Positions 44,205 through 55,135 of a DNA stretch of 64,000 nt are shown here, piece after piece. The notes under the pieces were generated by a model. That model made no database searches, had not been told where the DNA came from, and saw only the letters and a program-made list of their open reading frames with translations. Every line of letters begins with the position of its first letter. Position 1 is the first letter of the stretch. The position numbers and the translations under genes were made by a program. Source of the DNA: Obrimoposthia wandeli (Eukaryota); assembly GCA_977020255.1 (NCBI GenBank), contig CDROCS010000506.1, positions 2,418,001-2,482,000 on the forward strand, written 5' to 3'.

Positions 44205-44492
44205 TAATTGAAGAGTTTGATCATGGCTCAGATTGAACGCTGGCGGTAGGCTTAACACATGCAAGTCGAGCGGAAACGAAGAATAGCTTGCTATTCTGGC
44301 GTCGAGCGGCGGACGGGTGAGTAATGCTTGGGAATCTGCCTAGTCGAGGGGGACAACAGTTGGAAACGACTGCTAATACCGCATACGACCTACGGGTGAA
44401 AGGGGGCCTCTTCTTGAAAGCTCCCGCGACTAGATGAGCCCAAGTGGGATTAGCTTGTTGGTGAGGTAAGAGCTCACCAAGGCGACGATCCC

Positions 44493-44575
<83 letters not shown>

Positions 44576-44703
44576 CACAATGGGCGAAAGCCTGATGCAG
44601 CCATACCGCGTGTATGAAGAAGGCCTTAGGGTTGTAAAGTACTTTCAGCGAGGAGGAAAGGTTAACGATTAATACTCGTTAGCTGTGACGTTACTCGCAG
44701 AAG

Positions 44704-44759
<56 letters not shown>

Positions 44760-44982
44760 ATCGGAATTACTGGGCGTAAAGCGCATGCAGGCGGTTTGTT
44801 AAGCGAGATGTGAAAGCCCCGGGCTCAACCTGGGAACTGCATTTCGAACTGGCAAACTAGAGTTCTTGAGAGGGTGGTAGAATTTCAGGTGTAGCGGTGA
44901 AATGCGTAGAGATCTGAAGGAATACCAGTGGCGAAGGCGGCCACCTGGCAAGTAACTGACGCTCAGATGCGAAAGCGTGGGT

Positions 44983-45016
<34 letters not shown>

Positions 45017-45122
45017 CGTAAACGATGTCTACTCGGAGTTTGGTTCCTTGCGAACTGGGCTCTTAAGCTAACGCATTAAGTAGACCGCCTGGGGAGTACG
45101 GCCGCAAGGTTAAAACTCAAAT

Positions 45123-45193
<71 letters not shown>

Positions 45194-45249
45194 CTCTTGA
45201 CATCCTCAGAAGAGCCCAGAGATGGGCTTGTGCCTTCGGGAACTGAGAG

Positions 45250-45281
<32 letters not shown>

Positions 45282-45287
45282 TGTGAA

Positions 45288-45323
<36 letters not shown>

Positions 45324-45363
45324 TCCTTATTTGCCAGCACGTAATGGTGGGAACTCTAAGGAG

Positions 45364-45416
<53 letters not shown>

Positions 45417-45574
45417 CTTACGAGTAGGGCTACACACGTGCTACAATGGCGCATACAAAGGGCTGCAAACCAGCGATGGTAAGCGAATCCCATAAAGTGC
45501 GTCGTAGTCCGGATTGGGGTCTGCAACTCGACCCCATGAAGTCGGAATCGCTAGTAATCGTGAATCAGAATGTC

Positions 45575-45628
<54 letters not shown>

Positions 45629-45749
45629 GGCTGCACCAGAAGTCATTAGCTTAACCTTCGGGAGGGCGATGACCACGGTGTGGTTCATGACTGGGGTGAA
45701 GTCGTAACAAGGTAGCCCTAGGGGAACCTGGGGCTGGATCACCTCCTTA
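44205..45749 (+). rRNA. rrs: 16S rRNA (operon C)
   Basis: Colinear with 2521-4065. Confidence 0.99.
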
Positions 45750-45826
45750 CGTAAAGTTGTTAATCTTTGTAAGTGCCCACACAAATTGCTTGAATAATGA
45801 AATTAAAGACATAGTAAAATGTCAGT

Positions 45827-45903
45827 AGGACTGTAGCTCAGTTGGTTAGAGCGCGCCCCTGATAAGGGTGAGGTCGGTAGTTCAAATCTACTCAGTCCTA
45901 CCA
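45827..45903 (+). tRNA. tRNA-Ile(GAT)
   Basis: 77-nt cloverleaf, CTGATAA anticodon loop, CCA; ITS location. Confidence 0.97.
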
Positions 45904-45924
45904 ATTTTACTAACCACATGATGT

Positions 45925-46000
45925 GGGGCTATAGCTCAGCTGGGAGAGCGCCTGCCTTGCACGCAGGAGGTCTGCGGTTCGATCCCGCATAGCTCCACCA
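45925..46000 (+). tRNA. tRNA-Ala(TGC)
   Basis: GGGGCTATAGCTCAG...TTGCACG...CTCCACCA, 76 nt. Confidence 0.97.
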
Positions 46001-46274
46001 CATCATGTTCTCAGGAAGAGACCAAAGTTAAATCTGCTTAGAATAGCAAGCGAATTAACTTTGGTTTTTTTAACTCTGAAATTCAGAGTTAGAGACGAAA
46101 AATTGCTTTTTAGCAAATGCTCTTTAAAAATTTGGAAAGCTGAATAAATAAAGAAGTTCTTAAAACACGTTATTACTTCGGTAATAACAATGAAGTGTTC
46201 TTGAGTATTCTTGAGGCGAAAAAAACTAGATAATACCTAGTTATTTCAATTGTACGGTCTACTTTAGATTGTAT

Positions 46275-48162
46275 GGTTAAGTGACTAAGCGTATACGGTG
46301 GATGCCTAGGCAGTCAGAGGCGATGAAGGACGTGTTAATCTGCGTTAAGCTGTGGGGAGTTGATAAAAAGCGTTAATCCACAGATTTCCGAATGGGGAAA
46401 CCCACCTTACTAAGTAAGGTATCGTAACGTGAATACATAGCGTTACGAAGCGAACCGGGAGAACTGAAACATCTAAGTACCCCGAGGAAAAGAAATCAAT
46501 AGAGATACCCTTAGTAGCGGCGAGCGAACGGGGTCTAGCCCTTAAGCAGTTTGGAAGTTAATGGAAGATTCTGGAAAGTTTCACGATACAGGGTGATAGT
46601 CCCGTACATGAAAACGACCTTACTGTGAAATCGAGTAGGACGGCACACGTGATATGCTGTTTGAATATGGGAGGACCATCTTCCAAGGCTAAATACTACT
46701 GACTGACCGATAGTGAACCAGTACCGTGAGGGAAAGGCGAAAAGAACCCCTGTGAGGGGAGTGAAATAGAACCTGAAACCGTATACGTACAAGCAGTGGG
46801 AGCCTACTTTGTTGGGTGACTGCGTACCTTTTGTATAATGGGTCAACGACTTAATTTCAGTAGCAAGGTTAAGCGAATAGCGGAGCCGTAGGGAAACCGA
46901 GTGTTAACTGCGCGAATAGTTGCTGGGATTAGACCCGAAACCCGGTGATCTAGCCATGGGCAGGTTGAAGGTTGAGTAACATCAACTGGAGGACCGAACC
47001 GACTAATGTTGAAAAATTAGCGGATGACTTGTGGCTGGGGGTGAAAGGCCAATCAAACCGGGAGATAGCTGGTTCTCCTCGAAAGCTATTTAGGTAGCGC
47101 CTCGCGTCTAACTATTGGGGGTAGAGCACTGTTAAGGCTAGGGGGTCATCCCGACTTACCAACCCTTTGCAAACTCCGAATACCAATAAGTTCAATCGCG
47201 GGAGACACACGGCGGGTGCTAACGTCCGTCGTGGAAAGGGAAACAACCCAGACCGTCAGCTAAGGTCCCAAAGTGTATGTTAAGTGGGAAACGATGTGGA
47301 AAGGCTCAGACAGCCAGGAAGTTGGCTTAGAAGCAGCCATCTTTTAAAGAAAGCGTAATAGCTCACTGGTCGAGTCGGTCTGCGCGGAAGATTTAACGGG
47401 GCTAAACATACCACCGAAGCTACGGATGCAAGACTTGTTCTTGCATGGTAGAGGAGCGTTCTGTAAGCCGTTGAAGGTGAGTTGAGAAGCTTGCTGGAGG
47501 TATCAGAAGTGCGAATGTTGACATGAGTAACGATAATGGGGGTGAAAAACCTCCACGCCGAAAGACCAAGGGTTCCTGTCCAACGTTAATCGGGGCAGGG
47601 TGAGTCGAATCTTAAGGCGAGGCCGAAAGGCGTAGTCGATGGGAAACTGGTTAATATTCCAGTACTCGCTTATATTGCGATGGGGTGACGGAGAAGGTTA
47701 GGCTAGCATGGCGATGGTTGTCCATGTTTAAGGTAGTAGGCAAGTGACTTAGGCAAATCCGGGTCGCTCTCTTTAGTGAGAATGCTGAGAACTGATGACG
47801 AGTCTCTACGGAGATGAAGTAGTTGATACCCGGCTTCCAGGAAAACCTCTAAGCTTCAGATATGAGAGAATCGTACCCCAAACCGACACAGGTGGTTAGG
47901 TAGAGAATACTAAGGCGCTTGAGAGAACTCGGGTGAAGGAACTAGGCAAAATGGTACCGTAACTTCGGGAGAAGGTACGCCAATGATGGTGAAGGACTTG
48001 CTCCGTAAGCTATTGTTGGTCGCAGAGAAATGGTGGCTGCAACTGTTTATTAAAAACACAGCACTGTGCAAAATCGAAAGATGACGTATACGGTGTGACG
48101 CCTGCCCGGTGCCGGAAGGTTAATTGATTGGGTTAGACTTAGGTCGAAGCTCATGATCGAAG

Positions 48163-48252
<90 letters not shown>

Positions 48253-48509
48253 GGCCACGCTGTCTCCACCCGAGACTCAGTGAAATTGAAATCGCTGTTA
48301 AGATGCAGTGTACCCGCGGCTAGACGGAAAGACCCCGTGAACCTTTACTATAGCTTGGCACTGAACATTGAACCTACATGTGTAGGATAGGTGGGAGACT
48401 GTGAAACATTGTCGCTAGATGATGTGGAGTCTACCTTGAAATACCACCCTTGTACGTTTGATGTTCTAACGTATACCCATATCGGGGTTGCGGACAGTGT
48501 CTGGTGGGT

Positions 48510-48552
<43 letters not shown>

Positions 48553-48685
48553 ACGAAGGTTGGCTAAACATGGTTGGACATCATGTGGTTAGTGCAAAGG
48601 CATAAGCCAGCTTAACTGCGAGACAGACACGTCGAGCAGGTACGAAAGTAGGTCTTAGTGATCCGGTGGTTCTGAATGGAAGAGT

Positions 48686-48728
<43 letters not shown>

Positions 48729-48757
48729 ACCGCCCAAGAGTTCATATCGACGGCGGT

Positions 48758-48800
<43 letters not shown>

Positions 48801-48802
48801 TT

Positions 48803-48835
<33 letters not shown>

Positions 48836-49004
48836 TGGTACGCGAGCTGGGTTTAGAACGTCGTGAGACAGTTCGGTCCCTATCTGCCGTGGGCGTTTGA
48901 GAATTGAAAGGAGCTGCTCCTAGTACGAGAGGACCGGAGTGGACGAACCACTGGTGTTCGGGTTGTTATGCCAATAGCATTGCCCGGTAGCTAAGTTCGG
49001 AACT

Positions 49005-49035
<31 letters not shown>

Positions 49036-49172
49036 AGGCCTTGAGATGAGTTCTCACTGGAGCTTTAAGCTCCCTAAAGGGCCGTTGGAGACTACAACGT
49101 TGATAGGCAAGGTGTGTAAGTGCTGTGAGGCATTGAGCTAACTTGTACTAATTACCCGTGAGGCTTAACCAT
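46275..49172 (+). rRNA. rrl: 23S rRNA (operon C)
   Basis: Colinear with 4382-7279. Confidence 0.99.
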
Positions 49173-49304
49173 ACAAATTAAAGTATGATTAATTGAATAT
49201 CGACTTAAGAATTGACAGAATACTTTATGTTTTAAAGACTTCTTTATTTATAGCTTTTCAGATTTAAAACGAAGTGAAAGCTTCTATAGAAAGCAAACCA
49301 GATT

Positions 49305-49422
49305 TGCTTGGTGACCATAGTGTTGCGGTACCACCTGATTCCATTCCGAACTCAGTAGTGAAACGTAATAACGCCGATGGTAGTGTGGGGCTTCCCCATG
49401 TGAGAGTAGGGCATCGCCAAGC
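49305..49422 (+). rRNA. rrf: 5S rRNA (operon C)
   Basis: 5S consensus. Confidence 0.97.
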
Positions 49423-49482
49423 GCTAAACAACGTCGAAAGACTATAAATTAAGACTGATGGTAACATTAGCACAGATTGTGC

Positions 49483-49559
49483 GGAGTGGTAGTTCAGTTG
49501 GTTAGAATACCGGCCTGTCACGCCGGGGGTCGCGAGTTCGAGTCTCGTCCACTCCGCCA
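49483..49559 (+). tRNA. tRNA-Asp(GTC), operon-distal
   Basis: Identical to 2169-2245. Confidence 0.97.
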
Positions 49560-49569
49560 ACAAACAACG

Positions 49570-49600
49570 AAAGCCTGAATCATTGATTCAGGCTTTTTTT
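49570..49600 (+). terminator. Operon C terminator
   Basis: AAAGCCTGAATC-ATT-GATTCAGGC-T7. Confidence 0.9.
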
Positions 49601-49654
49601 GTGTCTGAAACTCAGTGATACAGAAAAAAGAGTGAGCGGATTGCCAGTTCAGTT

Positions 49655-49815
49655 GTACACGTCTGGCCAACCACACCTTCATCTAATTTCTGATCTCAGT
49701 TATGTTATTTCCAAGTCAAACAAAAGGAAATAACAATGAAAATAACGCGTAACGAAACACAATGGCAGACCCTAATACAAAATCAACAAACCAGTGGTTT
49801 AACGATTTCCGATTA
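49655..49815 (+). mobile_element. IS66-family left-end remnant with truncated tnpA
   Basis: GTACACGTCTGGCCAACCACACCTT resembles IS66 terminal IRs; SD and ATG 49736 give MKITRNETQWQTLIQNQQTSGLTISDY, TnpA-like, cut by an IS630-type end. Confidence 0.62.
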
Positions 49816-49886
49816 TACCAATCCGCCTAATTATACCAATTCCTATAATTTTATGATCTAATATAAACATCAAGGAAGGTGTAAAT

Positions 49887-50363
49887 ATGGATCATAATTT
49901 CTCTAAACTTATCGCTTCAACATCGAATGCAAGAATGCGTATTCGCTTGCTTGCTATTTCTCATTTTACCGATGGTAAAAATAGAACTGACATCGCAAAA
50001 TTCTTAAAAGTTAGTCGTACAAGCGTTAATAAATGGGTTACTCAATATCTAAATGAAGGCTTAGATGGCCTTACTGAAAAGCCCCATCCAGGCCGACCCG
50101 CTTTATTATCGCAATCTCAATGTCTACAAATTAAAAAATACGTTACAGATAATGCCGTAAAATCACAAGGTGGACGATTACAGGGCAAGGATATCCAACG
50201 TTATATTCATTCGGAATTTGGCGTGCTTTACCAAAAAACCAATATCTATCACTTATTACATGAATTGAATTTAAGTTGGATCACAACACGCTCAAAGCAT
50301 CCAAAACAATCAGTTGAAGCCCAAGAAGCTTTTAAAAAAATGCCAAATAGAAACGATCCTTAA
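49887..50363 (+). CDS. IS630 transposase N-terminal HTH ORF
   Basis: IAKFLKVSRTSVNKW, GLDGLTEKPHPGRP, LSWITTRSKHPKQ. Confidence 0.85.
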   Translation: MDHNFSKLIASTSNARMRIRLLAISHFTDGKNRTDIAKFLKVSRTSVNKWVTQYLNEGLDGLTEKPHPGRPALLSQSQCLQIKKYVTDNAVKSQGGRLQGKDIQRYIHSEFGVLYQKTNIYHLLHELNLSWITTRSKHPKQSVEAQEAFKKMPNRNDP

Positions 50364-50820
50364 GATCCCTGGTCATGTCGCTTTAAAAGATGTTGAAGTT
50401 TGGTTTCAGGACGAAGCGCGATTTGGTCAGCGCAATACAACGACAAAAATTTGGGCTGAAAAAGGCACGAGACCTCGTGTTGTTCAGCAGTAACAATTTG
50501 AATATGCCTACCTTTTTGGTGCTGTATGTATAAATAACGGAAAAACAGAAGCCGTGATAGCCCCATTCAGTAATATGGAATATATGCATGAGCATCTAAA
50601 GTTAATTTCAAAGGCCACACCGTCAGGTAAACATGCAGTCGTGATCATGGAGCGAGCAAGTTGGCATCAACAACATTTAGATGATGAATTGGATAATCTA
50701 ACGATTATTCATATCCCACCATATTCACCAGAGTTAAACCCGATAGAACAAGTTTGGAGCTGGCTACGACAAAATGCATTAGCAAATAGATGCTTTAGTG
50801 GATATGAAGACAAACTGTAG
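50341..50820 (+). pseudogene. IS630 transposase DDE ORF, inactivated
   Basis: WFQDEARFG, then in-frame TAA at 50491; MERASWH in place of the MDxAxWH catalytic Asp; YSPELNPIEQVW; early stop. Confidence 0.85.
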
Positions 50821-51031
50821 TGATGCCTGGAACAGGTTTTCTGCAGATAAAAGCAGAGTGATTTCACTCTGCTCTAGAGATTGGACAGATTTGACCAGCT
50901 AATTATAGGAATTGGTATTACTTGGGTTTGGCGCCGAATGCTAGAGCGTTATCAAGGAAAAATGAAACCAACAGAATGTTTATTAGAAGCTGCTGGGCAT
51001 TCACCGCAACAGCTTATTCATACATAGCCAT

Positions 51032-51059
51032 AAAAAAGCCTGAATCATACGATTCAGGC
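51032..51059 (-). terminator. Terminator of the PKD lipoprotein gene
   Basis: Minus strand GCCTGAATC-GTAT-GATTCAGGC-T6. Confidence 0.8.
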
Positions 51060-51084
51060 AATAACACATCGTGATGTTTAAAGA

Positions 51085-52233
51085 TTATAATTCGTTTGCT
51101 TCAGCACATTCATTATTACCCTGCTGTCTTACTTCATAAGTGAGGTTAGTAGGGAATATACGTGCCATCTGATCTTCATATTTTGCTATTTGGGCATCAC
51201 ACCATGTATTGGCACTCGTGAGCGTCGTTAATGGACCACTCGCAATACTCGTAAAGCATTGCCCTTCATCTCGAGCTCTATAAACAGTATGACTTGATGT
51301 GAGAATATCACATGTTACGTATGCAGCATTTTCATTGACGTGGATAGTTTTAATGATTTCTTTTTCTATTCCTTCACCACTGATTGCGGTAAGTGAAATA
51401 CTATAATTGTCCTCAGCGGGGAATTCTTTGGTGATTGTAATACCATTTTGACTGCTACCATCATGTGGGAAATACCAATTATAACTATCAATATTACTGC
51501 TGATGTTACTACTGTTACTTGCATCAAGGTTGACTACTAGGTTATTTTCTGTATAAGTGAAATCAGCAACCGGTTCAGTTGGGTCTGATGAAACTTCAAT
51601 AAACGTCGTTGTTGAGTCTTCAGTTCCATCGACAGATTTAACTTTTAGTGATACTGAATATTGACCTGATTGATTAAAAGTATGCGATCTTACCGGTGTG
51701 AAATAGTTATTTCCTTCAATTACCCATTCAAACTCACTGATATCACCTTCGCTATAAATTGAATTTTGTGCATCAAACTCGACGTTCAAACTATTTATAC
51801 TCACGATATTAATGATTGCAGTCGGTTTTATTATTGCTGTCGCGATTTGTTCTGGCGTGATTGTAATATCGTCATAATAGCTGTCTAGCTCACCGCCTGT
51901 AATATTAGATACGGTTGCTTTAATTCTATAAGTATTTGCTTCTAAAAATTGATATTGGGGGTCTTCTTCAGGGTGTAGGATTGCGATTTCTCCAACACGG
52001 TCTAAAGATACGACCCAATGCCATAATATATTGTCTTGCGTATGTTCTTGGCCATTTTCAGTATATGTAGCATCAAAATAATACAGTGATGAATCTACAT
52101 TGCTTGCCTGATGGGTGAAGGTTACATTTGATATAGTTTCTGTTGTGTTATTTTTATCGTCATCATCAAATACATCTTCAGAACCGCAAGCTGTTAGCGT
52201 TGATAATAGGGTTACCAGTAGTAATTTATTCAT
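51085..52233 (-). CDS. PKD-domain lipoprotein
   Basis: Lipobox LTAC; PKD-like repeats (FDAQNS...FEW...TFNQSGQYSVSL; PVADFTY...LDASNS...YNWYF...YSISL). Confidence 0.78.
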   Translation of the reverse strand: MNKLLLVTLLSTLTACGSEDVFDDDDKNNTTETISNVTFTHQASNVDSSLYYFDATYTENGQEHTQDNILWHWVVSLDRVGEIAILHPEEDPQYQFLEANTYRIKATVSNITGGELDSYYDDITITPEQIATAIIKPTAIINIVSINSLNVEFDAQNSIYSEGDISEFEWVIEGNNYFTPVRSHTFNQSGQYSVSLKVKSVDGTEDSTTTFIEVSSDPTEPVADFTYTENNLVVNLDASNSSNISSNIDSYNWYFPHDGSSQNGITITKEFPAEDNYSISLTAISGEGIEKEIIKTIHVNENAAYVTCDILTSSHTVYRARDEGQCFTSIASGPLTTLTSANTWCDAQIAKYEDQMARIFPTNLTYEVRQQGNNECAEANEL

Positions 52234-52600
52234 CGTGTTTCTTCCATGATTTGAGATTTAAAGTAGCAGATCCGTCTTAACTACTCATGTTGGATGCACG
52301 TTATCATTATTATTGATTATGAAAAGTACCAATTTAATCATGGTTCGAAACGCTGTGTCATCTTTGTCGTCGCGTTCTTATGTAATTATTAAGATTATTT
52401 TAAATCGATTATTATAGAATCTAGTCCTTTAGACTGCCTCTATCTTATTAAGGAGTAATTATTAACAATTAAAATTAGCTAATGTCTTACGTTATTTTAA
52501 GAGATGAGAAGTTATTAAAATTGGGATTACGATCTCAAATCACTCGGTGAGTAACATTCGTGCAACAACTGCACTGGTTTGGGGTTAATTGAAAAATTAT

Positions 52601-52617
52601 CGCACCATCCTGGTGCT
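52601..52617. promoter_or_regulatory. NtrC binding site
   Basis: CGCACC-N5-GGTGCT versus consensus TGCACC-N5-GGTGCA; upstream of glnK. Confidence 0.75.
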
Positions 52618-52679
52618 CCGCTAGAGTGCTAGATGTAAGTATTTTTATTAAGCTATTGATTTTGTATGGTTAAAAATGT

Positions 52680-52695
52680 TGGCACGGAGGTTGAA
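52680..52695 (+). promoter_or_regulatory. sigma54 promoter of glnK-amtB
   Basis: TGGCAC-N5-TTGAA (-12 GC replaced by GA). Confidence 0.7.
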
Positions 52696-52744
52696 TTAAG
52701 TTTCAGTATATAGATATTAAATATACTTATGCAAGGAGCTCTTT

Positions 52745-53083
52745 ATGAAGCTAATAAGCGCAATCATTAAACCATTTAAACTCGATGATGTTCGTGAAGC
52801 AGTAGCAGATTTCGGTGTTGAAGGATTAACAGTTACTGAAGTGAAAGGCTTTGGTCGTCAAAAAGGGCATACCGAATTATATCGTGGTGCGGAATATCAA
52901 GTTGATTTCTTGCCAAAAGTTAAATTAGAAATTGCCACACAGAGTGAAAATGTTGATCGCCTCATTGAAGCTATCAGTAGTGCTGCTTACACTGGGAAGA
53001 TTGGTGACGGTAAGATTTTTGTTTACGATTTAAAACAAGTTGTGCGTATTCGTACGGGCGAAATGGACTCAGAAGCAATTTAA
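52745..53083 (+). CDS. glnK: P-II nitrogen regulator GlnK
   Basis: IIKPFKLDDV, GRQKGHTELYRGAEY, GDGKIFV; linked to amtB. Confidence 0.96.
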   Translation: MKLISAIIKPFKLDDVREAVADFGVEGLTVTEVKGFGRQKGHTELYRGAEYQVDFLPKVKLEIATQSENVDRLIEAISSAAYTGKIGDGKIFVYDLKQVVRIRTGEMDSEAI

Positions 53084-53094
53084 AGGAATAAATT

Positions 53095-54327
53095 ATGCAA
53101 GAGCTAACAACTACAGTTACTGAGCTGCGTTTTGCACTCGATACTTTTTATTTTTTAATGTCTGGCGTGCTCGTGATGTGGATGGCTGCAGGTTTTGCAA
53201 TGCTAGAAGCGGGTCTGGTTCGCTCTAAGAATACCACCGAGATTCTGACTAAGAACATCGTGTTATATTCAATCGCATGTATCATGTTCCTACTCGTCGG
53301 TTATAACATTATGTATGTTGACAATGTCGAAGGCGGTATCATCCCATCATTCGGTTCTTTAATCGGCACACAATCTGAAGGTGCTGACCATTCATTAGAG
53401 TCGGACTTCTTCTTCCAAGTCGTATTCGTTGCTACGGCAATGTCGATAGTATCTGGCGCCGTTGCGGAACGCATGAAATTATGGGCTTTCCTCGCATTCA
53501 CAGTTGTGTTGACCGGTGTTATTTATCCTATTGAAGGTTATTGGACTTGGGGTGGCGGTTTCTTATCTGAAGCTGGTTTCTCTGATTTCGCTGGTTCTGG
53601 CATTGTGCATATGGCAGGCGCTTCTGCTGCATTAGCTGCGGTACTGTTATTGGGTGCTCGTAAAGGTAAGTACGGTAAAAACGGTGAGATTTATCCAATC
53701 CCTGGTTCGAATATGCCATTAGCGACATTAGGTGCATTTATTTTATGGATGGGTTGGTTTGGTTTTAACGGTGGTTCACAACTATTACTCTCGGATGTTG
53801 AGAATGCAACGGCTGTTGGTCAAATCTTTGTCAATACTAACGCCGCCGCTGCTGCCGGTGCTGTTGCCGCATTACTTATTACCAAAATCATGTGGGGTAA
53901 AGCTGATTTAACAATGGTGCTTAATGGTGCATTAGCTGGCTTGGTTACTATCACAGCTGACCCGCTGAGTCCTGCTCCTGCATTCGCGACATTGTTGGGT
54001 GCTTTAGGTGGTGTATTAGTTGTATTTAGTATCGTAGCCTTAGATAAGGTGAAGATTGATGATCCAGTTGGTGCTATTTCGGTTCACGGTGTGTGTGGTT
54101 TATTTGGCTTAATGGTTGTGCCATTTAGCAATGCAGATGCGACATTTGGTGCTCAACTATACGGCGCAGCAATTATATTCGCTTGGGTTTTCACTGCAAG
54201 TATCCTAGTCTGGGCTGTACTGAAAGCTACAATGGGTATTCGTGTTACCGAGGAAGAAGAAATTATTGGTATGGATATGGCTGACTGTGGTATCGATGCT
54301 TACCCTGAGTTTGTATCTATTAAATAA
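53095..54327 (+). CDS. amtB: Ammonium transporter
   Basis: DFAGSGIVH, WMGWFGFNGGS, DDPVGAISVHG. Confidence 0.96.
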   Translation: MQELTTTVTELRFALDTFYFLMSGVLVMWMAAGFAMLEAGLVRSKNTTEILTKNIVLYSIACIMFLLVGYNIMYVDNVEGGIIPSFGSLIGTQSEGADHSLESDFFFQVVFVATAMSIVSGAVAERMKLWAFLAFTVVLTGVIYPIEGYWTWGGGFLSEAGFSDFAGSGIVHMAGASAALAAVLLLGARKGKYGKNGEIYPIPGSNMPLATLGAFILWMGWFGFNGGSQLLLSDVENATAVGQIFVNTNAAAAAGAVAALLITKIMWGKADLTMVLNGALAGLVTITADPLSPAPAFATLLGALGGVLVVFSIVALDKVKIDDPVGAISVHGVCGLFGLMVVPFSNADATFGAQLYGAAIIFAWVFTASILVWAVLKATMGIRVTEEEEIIGMDMADCGIDAYPEFVSIK

Positions 54328-54355
54328 ATTTATTTAATAATAACTTATTAATCAT

Positions 54356-54381
54356 AAAGCTCAGCATTTGCTGAGCTTTTT
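54356..54381 (+). terminator. glnK-amtB terminator
   Basis: AAAGCTCAGC-ATTT-GCTGAGCTTTTT. Confidence 0.88.
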
Positions 54382-54507
54382 CGTTTGCAGCTTAAAACGT
54401 AAATAATACTTAACGGATATAGGTCTATTACAAATACGCATTATTAGAAACCAATTTCTAGCTATGATATTATTCACTCAGTTTCCTCATTAGAATTTTA
54501 ATCTTCC

Positions 54508-55082
54508 ATGTTACTTATTATCGATAATTACGATAGTTTTACGTTTAATTTATTCCAATATTTCTCTGAACTGGGACAAGAGGTTGTCGTTAAACGTAAT
54601 GACGAAATTTCACTGGCGCAAATAGCTGCATTATCTCCTGATTATTTAGTTATTTCTCCTGGGCCGTGTACCCCCAATGATGCTGGTATTTCATTATCTG
54701 TTATTGAACAGTTTGCAGGTTCAATCCCTATTTTAGGTGTGTGCCTGGGTCATCAGTCTATCGCGCAAGTATTTGGCGCAAATGTGATTAAAGCCAAAAA
54801 AGTGATGCATGGAAAAACATCTGAGATACAGCATAAGGGTAAGGGGGTTTTTTCTGGATTAAAGAATCCGTTAACCGTCACCCGTTATCACTCTTTAATT
54901 GTCGAAACCCTAACGCTCAATGACGAATTTGAAATTACAGCTTGAACACTACAGCCACGGTAGTCATTTAATAACAGTTTTTAAGCATAAGCAGCTTTTG
55001 TGAAGGCGTGCAATTCCACCCAGAAAGTATTTTGACTGAGCAGGGCAAGGAGCTATTAAATAACTTTCTTCTAAGTTATTAA
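54508..55082 (+). pseudogene. pabA: Aminodeoxychorismate synthase glutamine amidotransferase subunit, disrupted
   Basis: IDNYDSF, PGP, GVCLGHQ intact; TGA at 54943 where Trp is expected; EGVQFHPESILT tail in another frame from 55002. Confidence 0.82.
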
Positions 55083-55135
55083 TTTTATCCTTTAGGATAC
55101 AATCATGTGTTATTAAGCAAGGTCAAAGACTGACC

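Larger units (their letters stand above)
49833..50918 (+). mobile_element. IS630-family insertion sequence (defective), about 1.09 kb
   Basis: Perfect 18-bp terminal IR ATACCAATTCCTATAATT / AATTATAGGAATTGGTAT; TA at the right flank; two-ORF transposase. Confidence 0.88.

Noticed and set aside
48471-48690. Local 23S variants in operon C (GTATACCCAT at 48471; AGAGTATCGC at 48681) and single-base homopolymer indels among 23S copies
   Set aside because: Not compensated and they break helices, so more likely consensus errors; they also signal caution about rRNA assembly quality
54943-54945. TGA read-through (Trp or Sec recoding) in pabA
   Set aside because: The downstream sequence also has frameshifts and stops, and other genes in the window use TGA as a normal stop
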